In this document: positions 9,246 to 18,439 of the stretch, piece after piece
Layout: each line of letters starts with the position of its first letter
Numbering within the stretch: the first letter of the stretch is position 1
Source of the DNA: a virus
Reading direction: 5' to 3' (one strand)
Length of the DNA: 64,000 bases
IMG/VR virus record: IMGVR_UViG_3300032242_002717
Location: 23,402 to 87,401 of that record
Position numbers and translations under genes: made by a program
The notes under the pieces: model-generated
Databases searched by the model: none
The model's input: the letters and a program-made list of their open reading frames with translations, nothing else
Told to the model about the DNA's origin: nothing

Positions 9246-10721
9246 GTGCCAACGCTGACAAGCTATCGATCTTCTGGTTGCTTTCAGCTTGGTTCAAGCT
9301 CAAGGATGCGTGTTTCCTACGCGAGTCCAGGGCCAATACAGCCAGCAATAGTTTTGGCTTTTAGTGCAAACGCGAGCGGTGGCATTTCCGTGTCTGGTTC
9401 CGCGAGTGGACTTCTTGGCCTAAGCGTAGCCGGGACCGGAGGCGTAGTATCTAGTGGCTTGGCTTCGACTTCTTTTGGTTTTATCGTAAGCGCAACTGGC
9501 GGACTGCAAGCATCAGGATTGTCTTCTTATTTGTTCGATGCTAGCGTGTCGAGTGTCGGAGGATTGACGACCGGAGGATCGAGTTCGACGCTATTCGGAA
9601 TTATCGCAAACTCAAGCGGTGGCGTGCAAGTATCCGGTTCTTCTAATGCTATCTTGGGTCTTGCTTACTCGACGACCGGAGGATTAACCACTGGGGGGTC
9701 TTCTTCATATTTTGCGACGTTCATCGCAAACTCAAGCGGTGGCGTGCAAGTATCCGGTTCTAGCACAGGCATTTTTGGAATTGCTTACTCGGGAGTTGGT
9801 GGAGTAACAGCCGGAGGATTATCGGCAGCGATTGCGGTTATTGGGTACACTGGAATCGGCGGATTAAAGGTCTCGGGTTCTTCTGGTTACTCAATCCAGT
9901 TAGCGGCAATCTCATCTGGAGGCGTATCGGCATCAGGAACTGCATCCTACTTGGTAACTTTTTCATTTCTTGCTACTGGAAATTTGACGGTTTCTGGATA
10001 TGGAATACCATTATTGTCGTTTTATCAAAGTTGCGGAGGAGGGGTTTACGTCTCTGGTTCTGCAAACAACTCTATAGGATTTAAAAACTACTCAACGGGA
10101 TCTATTGTAGTATCTGGTACGAGCAAAGCATTTTCCGCAAATCTGTATTTCCAGTATTATTCTTCGTACGCAAAACCTGCTGTCGGAGGCATTCCATTGG
10201 TCCGTAGAAATCAACAGATAACAAACCTGCCAATTGGCAGGTTTATATCGACATCGACTGGACAAGAGGTGACTGCCGGAGTTGTCGCCGCGACATTTTA
10301 TTCTGGAGGCAACTCTGGACCGATCACCGGCCTGGCTTCTTACAATTCAAGCGGTGGGACATGGGTGTGGAACACTATTGATGCGTCAGTTATGAACTCT
10401 GAATTAGTTGGTCTTTCATTTACACTTCAAGGCTGCATCCCAATTTTCCATTTGCTTTCTACAGAAGTAAATACTTATGTTTCGTCACAAGTGTCATCTG
10501 GATTGATAAATACTACCTCATTTGCAGGCGACTCTCTGCTTTCAACGCAGGCGGGCTTCTACGCAGGATCTGTTTTGCTCTTTACGAGCGGGAATCTTTC
10601 AGGAATATCTAGACGAATTACAAATTACGATGGGATAACAAAGACTTTTACCTTTGCAACATCTTGGCCTTCAATTCCCTCATTGCAAGACCAATTTATT
10701 ATAATGGGGCGAATAGAATGA
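9246..10721 (+). CDS. Gly/Ser-rich repeat virion protein (start at 9246 GTG or 9306 ATG, or readthrough from the upstream gene)
   Basis: About 14 repeats of ~20 aa (xxGGxxVSGxS); C-terminal domain paralogous to 11252..11797. Confidence 0.65.
   Translation: MPTLTSYRSSGCFQLGSSSRMRVSYASPGPIQPAIVLAFSANASGGISVSGSASGLLGLSVAGTGGVVSSGLASTSFGFIVSATGGLQASGLSSYLFDASVSSVGGLTTGGSSSTLFGIIANSSGGVQVSGSSNAILGLAYSTTGGLTTGGSSSYFATFIANSSGGVQVSGSSTGIFGIAYSGVGGVTAGGLSAAIAVIGYTGIGGLKVSGSSGYSIQLAAISSGGVSASGTASYLVTFSFLATGNLTVSGYGIPLLSFYQSCGGGVYVSGSANNSIGFKNYSTGSIVVSGTSKAFSANLYFQYYSSYAKPAVGGIPLVRRNQQITNLPIGRFISTSTGQEVTAGVVAATFYSGGNSGPITGLASYNSSGGTWVWNTIDASVMNSELVGLSFTLQGCIPIFHLLSTEVNTYVSSQVSSGLINTTSFAGDSLLSTQAGFYAGSVLLFTSGNLSGISRRITNYDGITKTFTFATSWPSIPSLQDQFIIMGRIE
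9603..9761 (+). repeat. 39-bp exact direct repeat (9603-9641 and 9723-9761) within the Gly/Ser repeat gene
   Basis: ATCGCAAACTCAAGCGGTGGCGTGCAAGTATCCGGTTCT occurs twice, 120 nt apart. Confidence 0.9.
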
Positions 10722-11248
10722 TAAGGCCGACAAACCCAAACTTTTGGAATATTTCCAGGAAATTGAAGGGGCCGTTTAAAGACACCGATGCTTTTTATGG
10801 CACTGACTATGGGTTTGGTTTGGTTGAGTTGTTGAGCCTAACTGGAGAGTTCGATTCTATTGCAGTAGGAAGAAAAGAGCAGCAGTCTTGGCTGTCTTCG
10901 GAGCATCGCATTTCTGCCGTGTTTGAAATCAAAGGTTGTTCTTATCGAAATGACGGTAGTCAAGACACAAGAATACGAGTTGTTCCTTATTCGTTAGCAA
11001 TAGAGTATCACGAGAATTGGCAGGATGCCGCTTACAGGAAACTGGATATGCTGGAAAGTTTGGTAATGAACATACTTATGGACAAATCAAACAGATCTTA
11101 TGGCGGATTCACATTGGAGTGGATGTCAAGAATTGGCAGCGGGAAACAAATAAGATATTCGGTTCCATCGAAAATAAGACAGTTGGATGGCGAGTTTGGC
11201 TATAGAGTACCAAAAACAATTTCGGAAGTGTCGTTGTCATACTCTTGA
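10718..11248 (+). CDS. putative tail completion/terminator-like protein, paralog A
   Basis: ATGA overlap; shares DAFYGTDxGxG..LxLTGxFD and SYGGFT with 11812..12423. Confidence 0.55.
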   Translation: MIRPTNPNFWNISRKLKGPFKDTDAFYGTDYGFGLVELLSLTGEFDSIAVGRKEQQSWLSSEHRISAVFEIKGCSYRNDGSQDTRIRVVPYSLAIEYHENWQDAAYRKLDMLESLVMNILMDKSNRSYGGFTLEWMSRIGSGKQIRYSVPSKIRQLDGEFGYRVPKTISEVSLSYS

Positions 11249-11251
11249 GAG

Positions 11252-11797
11252 GTGAAAATGTCTCTTTACAGGAATGTAGCAGGCCAGATGGCGGTCGTTT
11301 ACGCTTCAGACAGTTCTGGGCCAAAGCTTGGCGACGCTGCAAACATTTCGCTCTATATTAGCAAGGATGCGGGAGTTCCTCAGCTTGCTTCGACTCCATC
11401 TCCGACCGAGATCGGTGGCGGCTACTACGCACTAACTTTTAGTCAAAACGAGAGTAACGCATCTATTGTGGTTTTTTATGGCTCATCAACAACTTCTGGC
11501 GTTAAAGTGCAGGGCGGCAAAGAATACACAGTTGATCCCATATCTCCAATCTCTGGAACCATATCGACATCATCAATAAGCACTTTTAGCTTTTGTGGAA
11601 ACTCTGGACTTCAGCAGATAGATCAATTTTATCAGGGAATGTGCCTTGTGTTTACTTCTGGACTTTTGGCTGGAGTCGCAAGAAGGATTACGGCATACGC
11701 TGGACTCACAAGGACGTTCACGTTCGCAAAGCCTTGGCCAGCAACAGCCTCGCCTGGAGATTCTTTTGCTATTGTCGGACTGATAGACTTGCCATAA
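11252..11797 (+). CDS. virion structural protein
   Basis: ISLYISKDAG...TEIGGGYYALTF N-terminal part; C-terminal FTSG..G..RRIT.Y.G domain shared with 9246..10721. Confidence 0.6.
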   Translation: MKMSLYRNVAGQMAVVYASDSSGPKLGDAANISLYISKDAGVPQLASTPSPTEIGGGYYALTFSQNESNASIVVFYGSSTTSGVKVQGGKEYTVDPISPISGTISTSSISTFSFCGNSGLQQIDQFYQGMCLVFTSGLLAGVARRITAYAGLTRTFTFAKPWPATASPGDSFAIVGLIDLP

Positions 11798-11811
11798 TAA
11801 AGAGCAATTCA

Positions 11812-12423
11812 ATGCTTTACGGAACGAACAAGTCGTTGCTATGGTTCTTAGGAAGGCAGTCGTCTCCATTGCCTTCCAAGGTTGATGCTAGGTGGTTATT
11901 TAAGTCTTGCTGGTACTACGGAAAACACCCGTCTTCTCTTCAATGGAAATACTCAGATAGAGACGCATTCTATGGGACAGACATTGGACTTGGCATTATA
12001 AAGATTCTGGAACTTACTGGCCAATTTGATGAAGTGATTCTTACGCCAAAGCCAGTAGTGTCTCGTTCGACATTGGACAATTATGTTGTCGCAATGGTAA
12101 TACCTATGCCTGTGAAACAAGTACAAGACGGATCTCCTCAAGTTTCTCTAAGATCTGTTTCGTATTCAATTGTAATTGAAGCGATAATTCCTACTCCAGA
12201 AGATTCTGCACAAGAGCTTGATAGACTTGAGAGTGTTGTCCTGAATTCTTTGCTTGGAGGTATTTCTTATGGAGGATTTACTTACTCTTGGAAATCTACA
12301 ATTCAAAGAAACGACTATGCTTCGGGATTAGATCCAGCCAGGCAAAGATGGCTATCTGGTGTTTTTTCTTATACTTATTATTCTAAAGAAGGGCAATCTG
12401 AGAAAATAACATGGCAACGCTAA
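11812..12423 (+). CDS. putative tail completion/terminator-like protein, paralog B
   Basis: Paralog of 10718..11248; ATG 11812 avoids a long overlap. Confidence 0.55.
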   Translation: MLYGTNKSLLWFLGRQSSPLPSKVDARWLFKSCWYYGKHPSSLQWKYSDRDAFYGTDIGLGIIKILELTGQFDEVILTPKPVVSRSTLDNYVVAMVIPMPVKQVQDGSPQVSLRSVSYSIVIEAIIPTPEDSAQELDRLESVVLNSLLGGISYGGFTYSWKSTIQRNDYASGLDPARQRWLSGVFSYTYYSKEGQSEKITWQR

Positions 12424-12917
12424 ACGAACTCCCTGTGGCACCAGAAGAGACTGTATTCAACGGTTTGCTGTCAATCTTAAGAAGCAACCCAGATTTACAG
12501 AAAGCAAACGTAAAGATATTTTCTCTTTCTAATGGAGCAGAGAATACTCCTGCTGTTCAGCCGATCCCGTCTCCAGACCTAATGCCGGTGATTCGAGTTC
12601 GATGCGGCTCTTATCCAATGGCACAATGGACCGAACACCAGCATCGTGGCGTATGGACAATTTACCTTGAAATGTTTGTTGCGGGATTGGATGAAACGGA
12701 CATGCTTAGGCTGTTCAGTGCAGTGAGGCACGCATTAAGGCCAGCCGTAAAGTACGGAACCGATGACGTTAGGCCAAGAATGGACCCAAATTCCAGCATT
12801 GTTCAACATGCTGAATTCGGCGGAGGCAGCAACGATATCGTTGCAGTCGGAGAGGGTGTTTATGCGATCAAATCGATTGCAACCTTCAGGATAAAGATTC
12901 AAGTCAATGCGGCTTGA
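12411..12917 (+). CDS. putative tail terminator protein
   Basis: 168 aa, immediately upstream of the tail tube gene. Confidence 0.45.
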   Translation: MATLNELPVAPEETVFNGLLSILRSNPDLQKANVKIFSLSNGAENTPAVQPIPSPDLMPVIRVRCGSYPMAQWTEHQHRGVWTIYLEMFVAGLDETDMLRLFSAVRHALRPAVKYGTDDVRPRMDPNSSIVQHAEFGGGSNDIVAVGEGVYAIKSIATFRIKIQVNAA

Positions 12918-12926
12918 TTTTAAGCT

Positions 12927-12942
12927 GTCTCCGCGCGGAGAC
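12927..12942. promoter_or_regulatory. 16-bp palindrome GTCTCCGCGCGGAGAC upstream of the tail tube RBS
   Basis: Exact copies at 28943-28958 and 45393-45408; 14/16 copy at 5038-5053. Confidence 0.6.
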
Positions 12943-12959
12943 CTTCAAGGAGATTTAAA

Positions 12960-13883
12960 ATGGCAGTTGTAGGAAGTTGCATTTATGCGAGGTGGTATCT
13001 TGAGGGTGCTTCTTACTGGGGTTCGTATCCAAGCCCAGTGACATCTTCATTCTATACGGTGTTCACTGAAGCCGGTTCAATGACGATGGATACAAACCCA
13101 CAGCCTTTTACAATCAATACGGCAGGCTGTGGCATTTTAACTCACAAGTGGAAAAAGTTTGTCAAGCGAAAGTCCGTTGCAGGTTCGCTAAAAACTCCCA
13201 TTTGGCCGAGCCAGTCTCAATTGATCGCGTTTGCTACTACTCCACAGTTAGTTGGTGGTCGCTATCAGCTTCCTTCCTATACTGTTGACATGTTTGACGG
13301 ATTTGAGATTCGTCGTTTTACTGGCGTTAGAGTAACAAGTGCTACTTTTACGTCTGACGACTCGTCAGACATGCTAATGGGTTCATTTACCTTGATTGGA
13401 AAGCAGGAAGTGACACCTCCTGGAACCTTGACGGCTCCCAACCCAGGCACGGATTTCCCTATTGAGATCCCATACACGCATTATGACTCGTCTGGCTACA
13501 TTACAGTGGGCGGCACTGTGATTAGCGGATACAAGAGCGTAGAACTAAAGGTTGACAACACGCTCCATATGCCCTTTCTTGATGGCGTGTGGATCAATCG
13601 AGCCAATCTAGCGCAGAGGGCAACGTCATGGCAAGTCGTGCTTTCAAAAGAAAACACGACTTATCGTCAAGCGTTTACAAACCAGACTGTCACCGCATCT
13701 TGCCTTCTGAAGTACACTCATCCGAACGGCACAAATAGTGTCACGTTCAACCTTCAGAACGCAGATTACCTCGAAAGTTATTCTGTTGATCGAAACTGGG
13801 ACAGCGACCAGTATGAAACGCTTTCGTTCCAAAGCTTCCTTGACCCGACCTCGGCTACAGATCTTGCCGTTACTATCGTTTGA
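12960..13883 (+). CDS. major tail tube protein
   Basis: AAGGAG SD, 307 aa, PSYTVD...RRFTGVRV and ELKVDNTL patterns of tail tube proteins; followed by a terminator. Confidence 0.7.
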   Translation: MAVVGSCIYARWYLEGASYWGSYPSPVTSSFYTVFTEAGSMTMDTNPQPFTINTAGCGILTHKWKKFVKRKSVAGSLKTPIWPSQSQLIAFATTPQLVGGRYQLPSYTVDMFDGFEIRRFTGVRVTSATFTSDDSSDMLMGSFTLIGKQEVTPPGTLTAPNPGTDFPIEIPYTHYDSSGYITVGGTVISGYKSVELKVDNTLHMPFLDGVWINRANLAQRATSWQVVLSKENTTYRQAFTNQTVTASCLLKYTHPNGTNSVTFNLQNADYLESYSVDRNWDSDQYETLSFQSFLDPTSATDLAVTIV

Positions 13884-13911
13884 CGGTGGATTCTCGCAAT
13901 AGCATTCCTTC

Positions 13912-13963
13912 GCGGGGTTCTTTGGGGTCTTTGGCCAGAACCCAAGGAACCCCGCTTTATTTT
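13912..13963 (+). terminator. rho-independent terminator
   Basis: GCGGGGTTCTTTGGG...CCCAAGGAACCCCGC stem followed by TTTATTTT. Confidence 0.7.
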
Positions 13964-13976
13964 AAGGAGGTGCAAA

Positions 13977-14531
13977 TTGATAAATTTCAGTCTTCATTAC
14001 GACAAGCAATTGTCTGCTCTGTCTGTTGGAATAGCTAGTGCTGACTTTGATCTGTTGTCGCTTGCTAACAAGCTTGCAGTAATCATGATAGAGGAAAACA
14101 AAAACGCAAGACTTGCAAGTATAGACAAAGATGGAAATCCTCTTAGTGAAATTGTTTTATCCACGATTGCCAGAAGAAAAAGAGCCAACAAAGGCAACGG
14201 TCCTCCTTTGATACCTGATTACATGAAGTCTAGGCTAATAGATACTGCCGAACCTGAAATCAATTTAATTTCAGATGACCATATTCAAATAATACTGCAT
14301 TGGCCTGGAGCGGAACCTTGGCTAAAATACCATAAGACCGAATGTAAGACTCGAAATGGTATTCCATTTAAATCTGGCCAGCCAAGACCAGTTAGAGATA
14401 TTGTCGGCATGGACAAAGGGTGGATCGAAAAGATTCGCCAAGAGGCCATCAAAGAAATTCAAAGCAGTGCCGCCAGCGGTTCTCCCGCACACGCCGGACT
14501 TCCTAATGGGCTGATCGAGGAGTTGATTTAA
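13977..14531 (+). CDS. putative virion morphogenesis/tail completion protein
   Basis: AAGGAGG SD with TTG start; STIARRKR...PPL and PRPVRDIVG motifs resemble tail-completion (gpS/gpG-like) proteins. Confidence 0.5.
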   Translation: MINFSLHYDKQLSALSVGIASADFDLLSLANKLAVIMIEENKNARLASIDKDGNPLSEIVLSTIARRKRANKGNGPPLIPDYMKSRLIDTAEPEINLISDDHIQIILHWPGAEPWLKYHKTECKTRNGIPFKSGQPRPVRDIVGMDKGWIEKIRQEAIKEIQSSAASGSPAHAGLPNGLIEELI

Positions 14532-17500
14532 TGTCTATACGCGAAGAGATCGTCCTTGATATTCAAAGGCAAGGCGGGGACATACTCAATGAGATGATTG
14601 CCGAGTTGGCAAAAGCAAAAGACGAGATGAATGTATTGACAGGATCTTTCTCTGGAGGAAAAAAGAATTTAGACGATTGGGTCAAGGCTCTTAACGAAGC
14701 AATCAAAAAAACAAAAGATTATAGCACCGTAGTCGAGGCAGCAAAAAAAATAGAAGACGATGCAAGAAGGAAAAGAGAAAAGGATGCGGCAAAACTTAAA
14801 GCTGATCAAAAAGAAGCCGAAAGAATAAACAACGCATTGATTAAAGATGCGAAAGCTTTGGCAGATGCTGAATCGCAAAAAGCTTCCGCAGTCGTAAAAT
14901 CCGAATCTGATATTGCTAAGGCGAAAAATGCCGCTGCGTCTGGAGATTTAGCGACAACGAAAAAGCTTTTAGATCAAGCAAAGAACGAAAAGCTTAAGAT
15001 CGAAGCTGAAATTAAAGCAAACAAGATAGCATCAAATTCAATTTCTTCGGGGTCTTCTGGAAACCCTTCCAATGCTAGCCAGCAGGCTCAGAATGAATTG
15101 GCCAGGAAGGCGATAGAGCTTCATAACAAACTCTTAGACGCTAAATTGAAGCTGACGGAGATTGAAGACGAACACACTCGTGCGATGGCTGCCAACGCTG
15201 TAACTACCGATCAAGCTATTAAAAAATCCGAAGAGTTGGCAACAAAAGAAGAGAATCTTAAAAAGGCTGTCATAGAACACGAGAAAGCAAAAGCGGAATA
15301 TGCAAAAGACCCTAGTGCTGCAAACAAGTCAGCAGTAGACAGTGCCTACAAGGTCAAGATAGCTGAAGCCAGAGAGTATAAGAAGACACGCGATGAATTA
15401 GAGGAAATCGCAAGGAAGGCGATAGCCACGGACAACGAAGAGGCTCAGGTTGTATTAGAGAATGGTACAAAGCGAAAGAACTCAAACACGGTAGCAAAAG
15501 AAGCGGTAATAGGAAACAACAAGCAAATTGCCGAGAGCGCGAAAGCAAAAGCTAAAGCAGATCAAGAAGCATTGGATGAACAAAAAAGAATCGAGAAAGA
15601 GGCAGCACAGGCAGCTGCCGAATCTGTTCAGCAAAAAAAGAAAGAAGAAGCAGATCTTGAATCTTTAGTCTCAGCAAGGGCCGGAAATGTAAAACGCGCG
15701 CAGAAAGAAATGGATGATGCAAAGCGAAAGTCTGCTTCGATTGAAAAAGAAATAAATTTGATTGATGATGCTCTGTATGAGGAAAGAGCAAAGCTTGGAA
15801 ATGCTGATCTCGAAAAGATTAAAGCACTCCAGGGAGAAAAAAAGAAGCTTGCCACAAGCTATATTGAGCAACAAAAGGAAGTAGCTAGAACAACCGACAA
15901 TGTTGCGACAGCAGAAAAAAATGCAGTCGTTACAACCCGTTCAATAATGGAAGCTGTAAAAGAGCTAAACCTTGCCAGAAAAGAGCAGCAGCAAAAACTA
16001 AAAGATCTCGCTAATGCGCAAGATCAATATAACAAAAACAGCACTCCAGAAAACGAAAAGAAACTCGAAAGTGCGTATAACGCAGTAGCGGCTTCTGTCG
16101 AGAGAATGAAAAATGCAACCAATGGCATGAATGATTTGAACGACAGAGCCGGAGGCTCTTTGTCTGGAGTTGCCGATGCCGCATTTAAAACTGGCGAAGG
16201 ACTTGAAAATGTTTCTTTGCGTTCAGGGCACTTGTCTAGGGCTATATATTATACGGCACAAGCGGCACAAGATTTAAATTATGGGTTTGTCGCAATTATC
16301 AACAATCTTCCACTCATTACTGAGGCTTTCGCAAAAGCGGCTGGAGCGGATCACCAGAAGGCTATGGCGTGGGCGGCTGGAGTTGGGTTTGTTACAGCGG
16401 CCTTTCAAGCACTTATAACACTCGGTCCAAAGGTATACGATTTCTTTAAGGCTATAGACCTGACAACGCTTGAAGGTCAAATGACGAGCGTTAAAAATGA
16501 GCTAACAATTCTCAACGGAATGAGCTATGTGTTTAATGTCGATCAAAGTCAGCTTTTTAAGCTTGAGTCAAAGCTTAAGGATCTTGAGGACAGGGAAAAA
16601 CTTTTAAAGGCTAACCTTGAAAAGAAAAGCGTTGACGAAGTCGCAGCGGAGGAAGCCGCATCCAAAGTGCTTTCTGAGCATGGAGGTGAAAGGACTATCG
16701 TTGATAAAGACGGAAAGAAAGTACAGGTAAAGGGTGGAGAAAACATTAAAAATGTCTTGATGTCTGACGATTCTTTTTTGACTAAAAATGAAAAAGAAGA
16801 AGTAGAACAGCTAAGATTAAAACTTGAGAAAGCAAAGGAAATGCTTGATGAGATGCATGAGAATGGCGATCATTCATACACCCTGGCAAACTTAACAATA
16901 CCCTACATCGAAAGTCAAATCAAAGGGATTGAAGGTAAACGAGCAAAAAGAGTCGATGAAAAACTTGGAAATTTTTCTGGAGCAGTGCCAGGATCGGAAG
17001 CCGAATTTTCTGATATTGTCAAAAGGAACAGAAAGGCACTTGAGGAGTCTGGAGTCGATGTAGACAAAATTCTTAAGTATGCTCCCGAGGTAAATAAGGA
17101 AAAGGCCAAGCAACATAGGTTGGATGGCACTAAACCTCAGTACGAGCAAGACGAGGAGATTGAGCAGGAGGTTAGGAAATCTCTAGACCCAGAAGGCGCA
17201 AGAAAGATTGCCAAAAACTCATTGAATCCACTTCAGGACGTTCAGAAGTTTAACAAGAACCTTAAAGAGAAGGCTGATAAAGAAGAGAAAGCTCCAGAGC
17301 AAGTCGAAAAGGCAATCGAAAACAGATCGGTGTCAAAGACTTTACAGGAAGCCAAAAAAGAGCTTGATAAGTTTTCCGAAGAAATGGTGACTGATGCCAA
17401 AGGAAGCGATCACGCTACCGCATATAAGAAAATGACAGAAAAAGTAAATGCCTTAATAAATAACGCAGTTACAAACAACAAGTCGATACCTGATAATCTT

Positions 17501-18439
17501 AAGTCAAAAGTTGCAGAAGATGTAATCGATAAAGCTATTTCAAGCGTAGAGTCCGACTACGTTGGAGGCGGAGCAGATGAAAGAATAGCCAAAGCAGAGG
17601 CGAAATCTAAGGCTAGGCAGGACAGAGAGAAAAGAATTGAAGATAACAAAGATAAGAGAATCGCGCAGAGTCATGAGAAGGCATTAGCTCCGCAGTTAGA
17701 CATGATGGTGACAGAAAGCCTTCTGAATGGAAAAAGTGAAGAAGACATGGCCAAAGAGATTGGGCCTAAGATTGAGCAATATTTGCAAGGCATTGGAATG
17801 CAAGACCAAGAAGCCATAGAAAAAGAAGTTGCCGCAATTATCGATATTGCTATTCAAGACAATGAAAAAAGAGGCATGGCCAAGCCTGGCGGTCTTCAAG
17901 AACATCTTCAGGATGTATCGAAGATTGCCAACAAAAAGCAAATCGAAGAGCAGAAGGCAGCACAAAGCCAGGCCAATAGCCAGATGAGTCATTATCAAAG
18001 CCAGGTCGAAAAGCATGCCAACGAACTCGACCGTTCCTTTGGTGGACAAATTCACGCAAGCGTAGCCAGAGGAAGAATAAATGGCATGGATGAGGCATCG
18101 ATCATGCAAAATCTAATGCCTCATGTGTATCAATCGGCCAGGCAGTCATTGAACGAAAACTACTCCGATCAAGACGCGATGGCGATTGCGCAGAGGATGA
18201 TTGGCAAGCACCTGGACCAAAACAGGGCCTCCTCTGTTGCGCACGGGGCTAGAAACGATCTGAATCAAGCATTGATTAACAATTCAAACGCACAAGCTAA
18301 TTATGCAGAAAACAACCAGAAGGTCCAGGAAATCAACGGCCAGAGGCTGAACCAGAATACAAAGAATCTTAAGAGAGCTACTAGGGGCCTTCGTAATGGC
18401 GTGACTCAGATGCAGACATTCTATCCGGGAATAAACTGA
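14531..18439 (+). CDS. tape measure protein
   Basis: 1302 aa, Ala/Lys/Glu coiled-coil with a central hydrophobic segment (AQDLNYGFVAIINNLP), downstream of the tail tube gene. Confidence 0.75.
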   Translation: MSIREEIVLDIQRQGGDILNEMIAELAKAKDEMNVLTGSFSGGKKNLDDWVKALNEAIKKTKDYSTVVEAAKKIEDDARRKREKDAAKLKADQKEAERINNALIKDAKALADAESQKASAVVKSESDIAKAKNAAASGDLATTKKLLDQAKNEKLKIEAEIKANKIASNSISSGSSGNPSNASQQAQNELARKAIELHNKLLDAKLKLTEIEDEHTRAMAANAVTTDQAIKKSEELATKEENLKKAVIEHEKAKAEYAKDPSAANKSAVDSAYKVKIAEAREYKKTRDELEEIARKAIATDNEEAQVVLENGTKRKNSNTVAKEAVIGNNKQIAESAKAKAKADQEALDEQKRIEKEAAQAAAESVQQKKKEEADLESLVSARAGNVKRAQKEMDDAKRKSASIEKEINLIDDALYEERAKLGNADLEKIKALQGEKKKLATSYIEQQKEVARTTDNVATAEKNAVVTTRSIMEAVKELNLARKEQQQKLKDLANAQDQYNKNSTPENEKKLESAYNAVAASVERMKNATNGMNDLNDRAGGSLSGVADAAFKTGEGLENVSLRSGHLSRAIYYTAQAAQDLNYGFVAIINNLPLITEAFAKAAGADHQKAMAWAAGVGFVTAAFQALITLGPKVYDFFKAIDLTTLEGQMTSVKNELTILNGMSYVFNVDQSQLFKLESKLKDLEDREKLLKANLEKKSVDEVAAEEAASKVLSEHGGERTIVDKDGKKVQVKGGENIKNVLMSDDSFLTKNEKEEVEQLRLKLEKAKEMLDEMHENGDHSYTLANLTIPYIESQIKGIEGKRAKRVDEKLGNFSGAVPGSEAEFSDIVKRNRKALEESGVDVDKILKYAPEVNKEKAKQHRLDGTKPQYEQDEEIEQEVRKSLDPEGARKIAKNSLNPLQDVQKFNKNLKEKADKEEKAPEQVEKAIENRSVSKTLQEAKKELDKFSEEMVTDAKGSDHATAYKKMTEKVNALINNAVTNNKSIPDNLKSKVAEDVIDKAISSVESDYVGGGADERIAKAEAKSKARQDREKRIEDNKDKRIAQSHEKALAPQLDMMVTESLLNGKSEEDMAKEIGPKIEQYLQGIGMQDQEAIEKEVAAIIDIAIQDNEKRGMAKPGGLQEHLQDVSKIANKKQIEEQKAAQSQANSQMSHYQSQVEKHANELDRSFGGQIHASVARGRINGMDEASIMQNLMPHVYQSARQSLNENYSDQDAMAIAQRMIGKHLDQNRASSVAHGARNDLNQALINNSNAQANYAENNQKVQEINGQRLNQNTKNLKRATRGLRNGVTQMQTFYPGIN

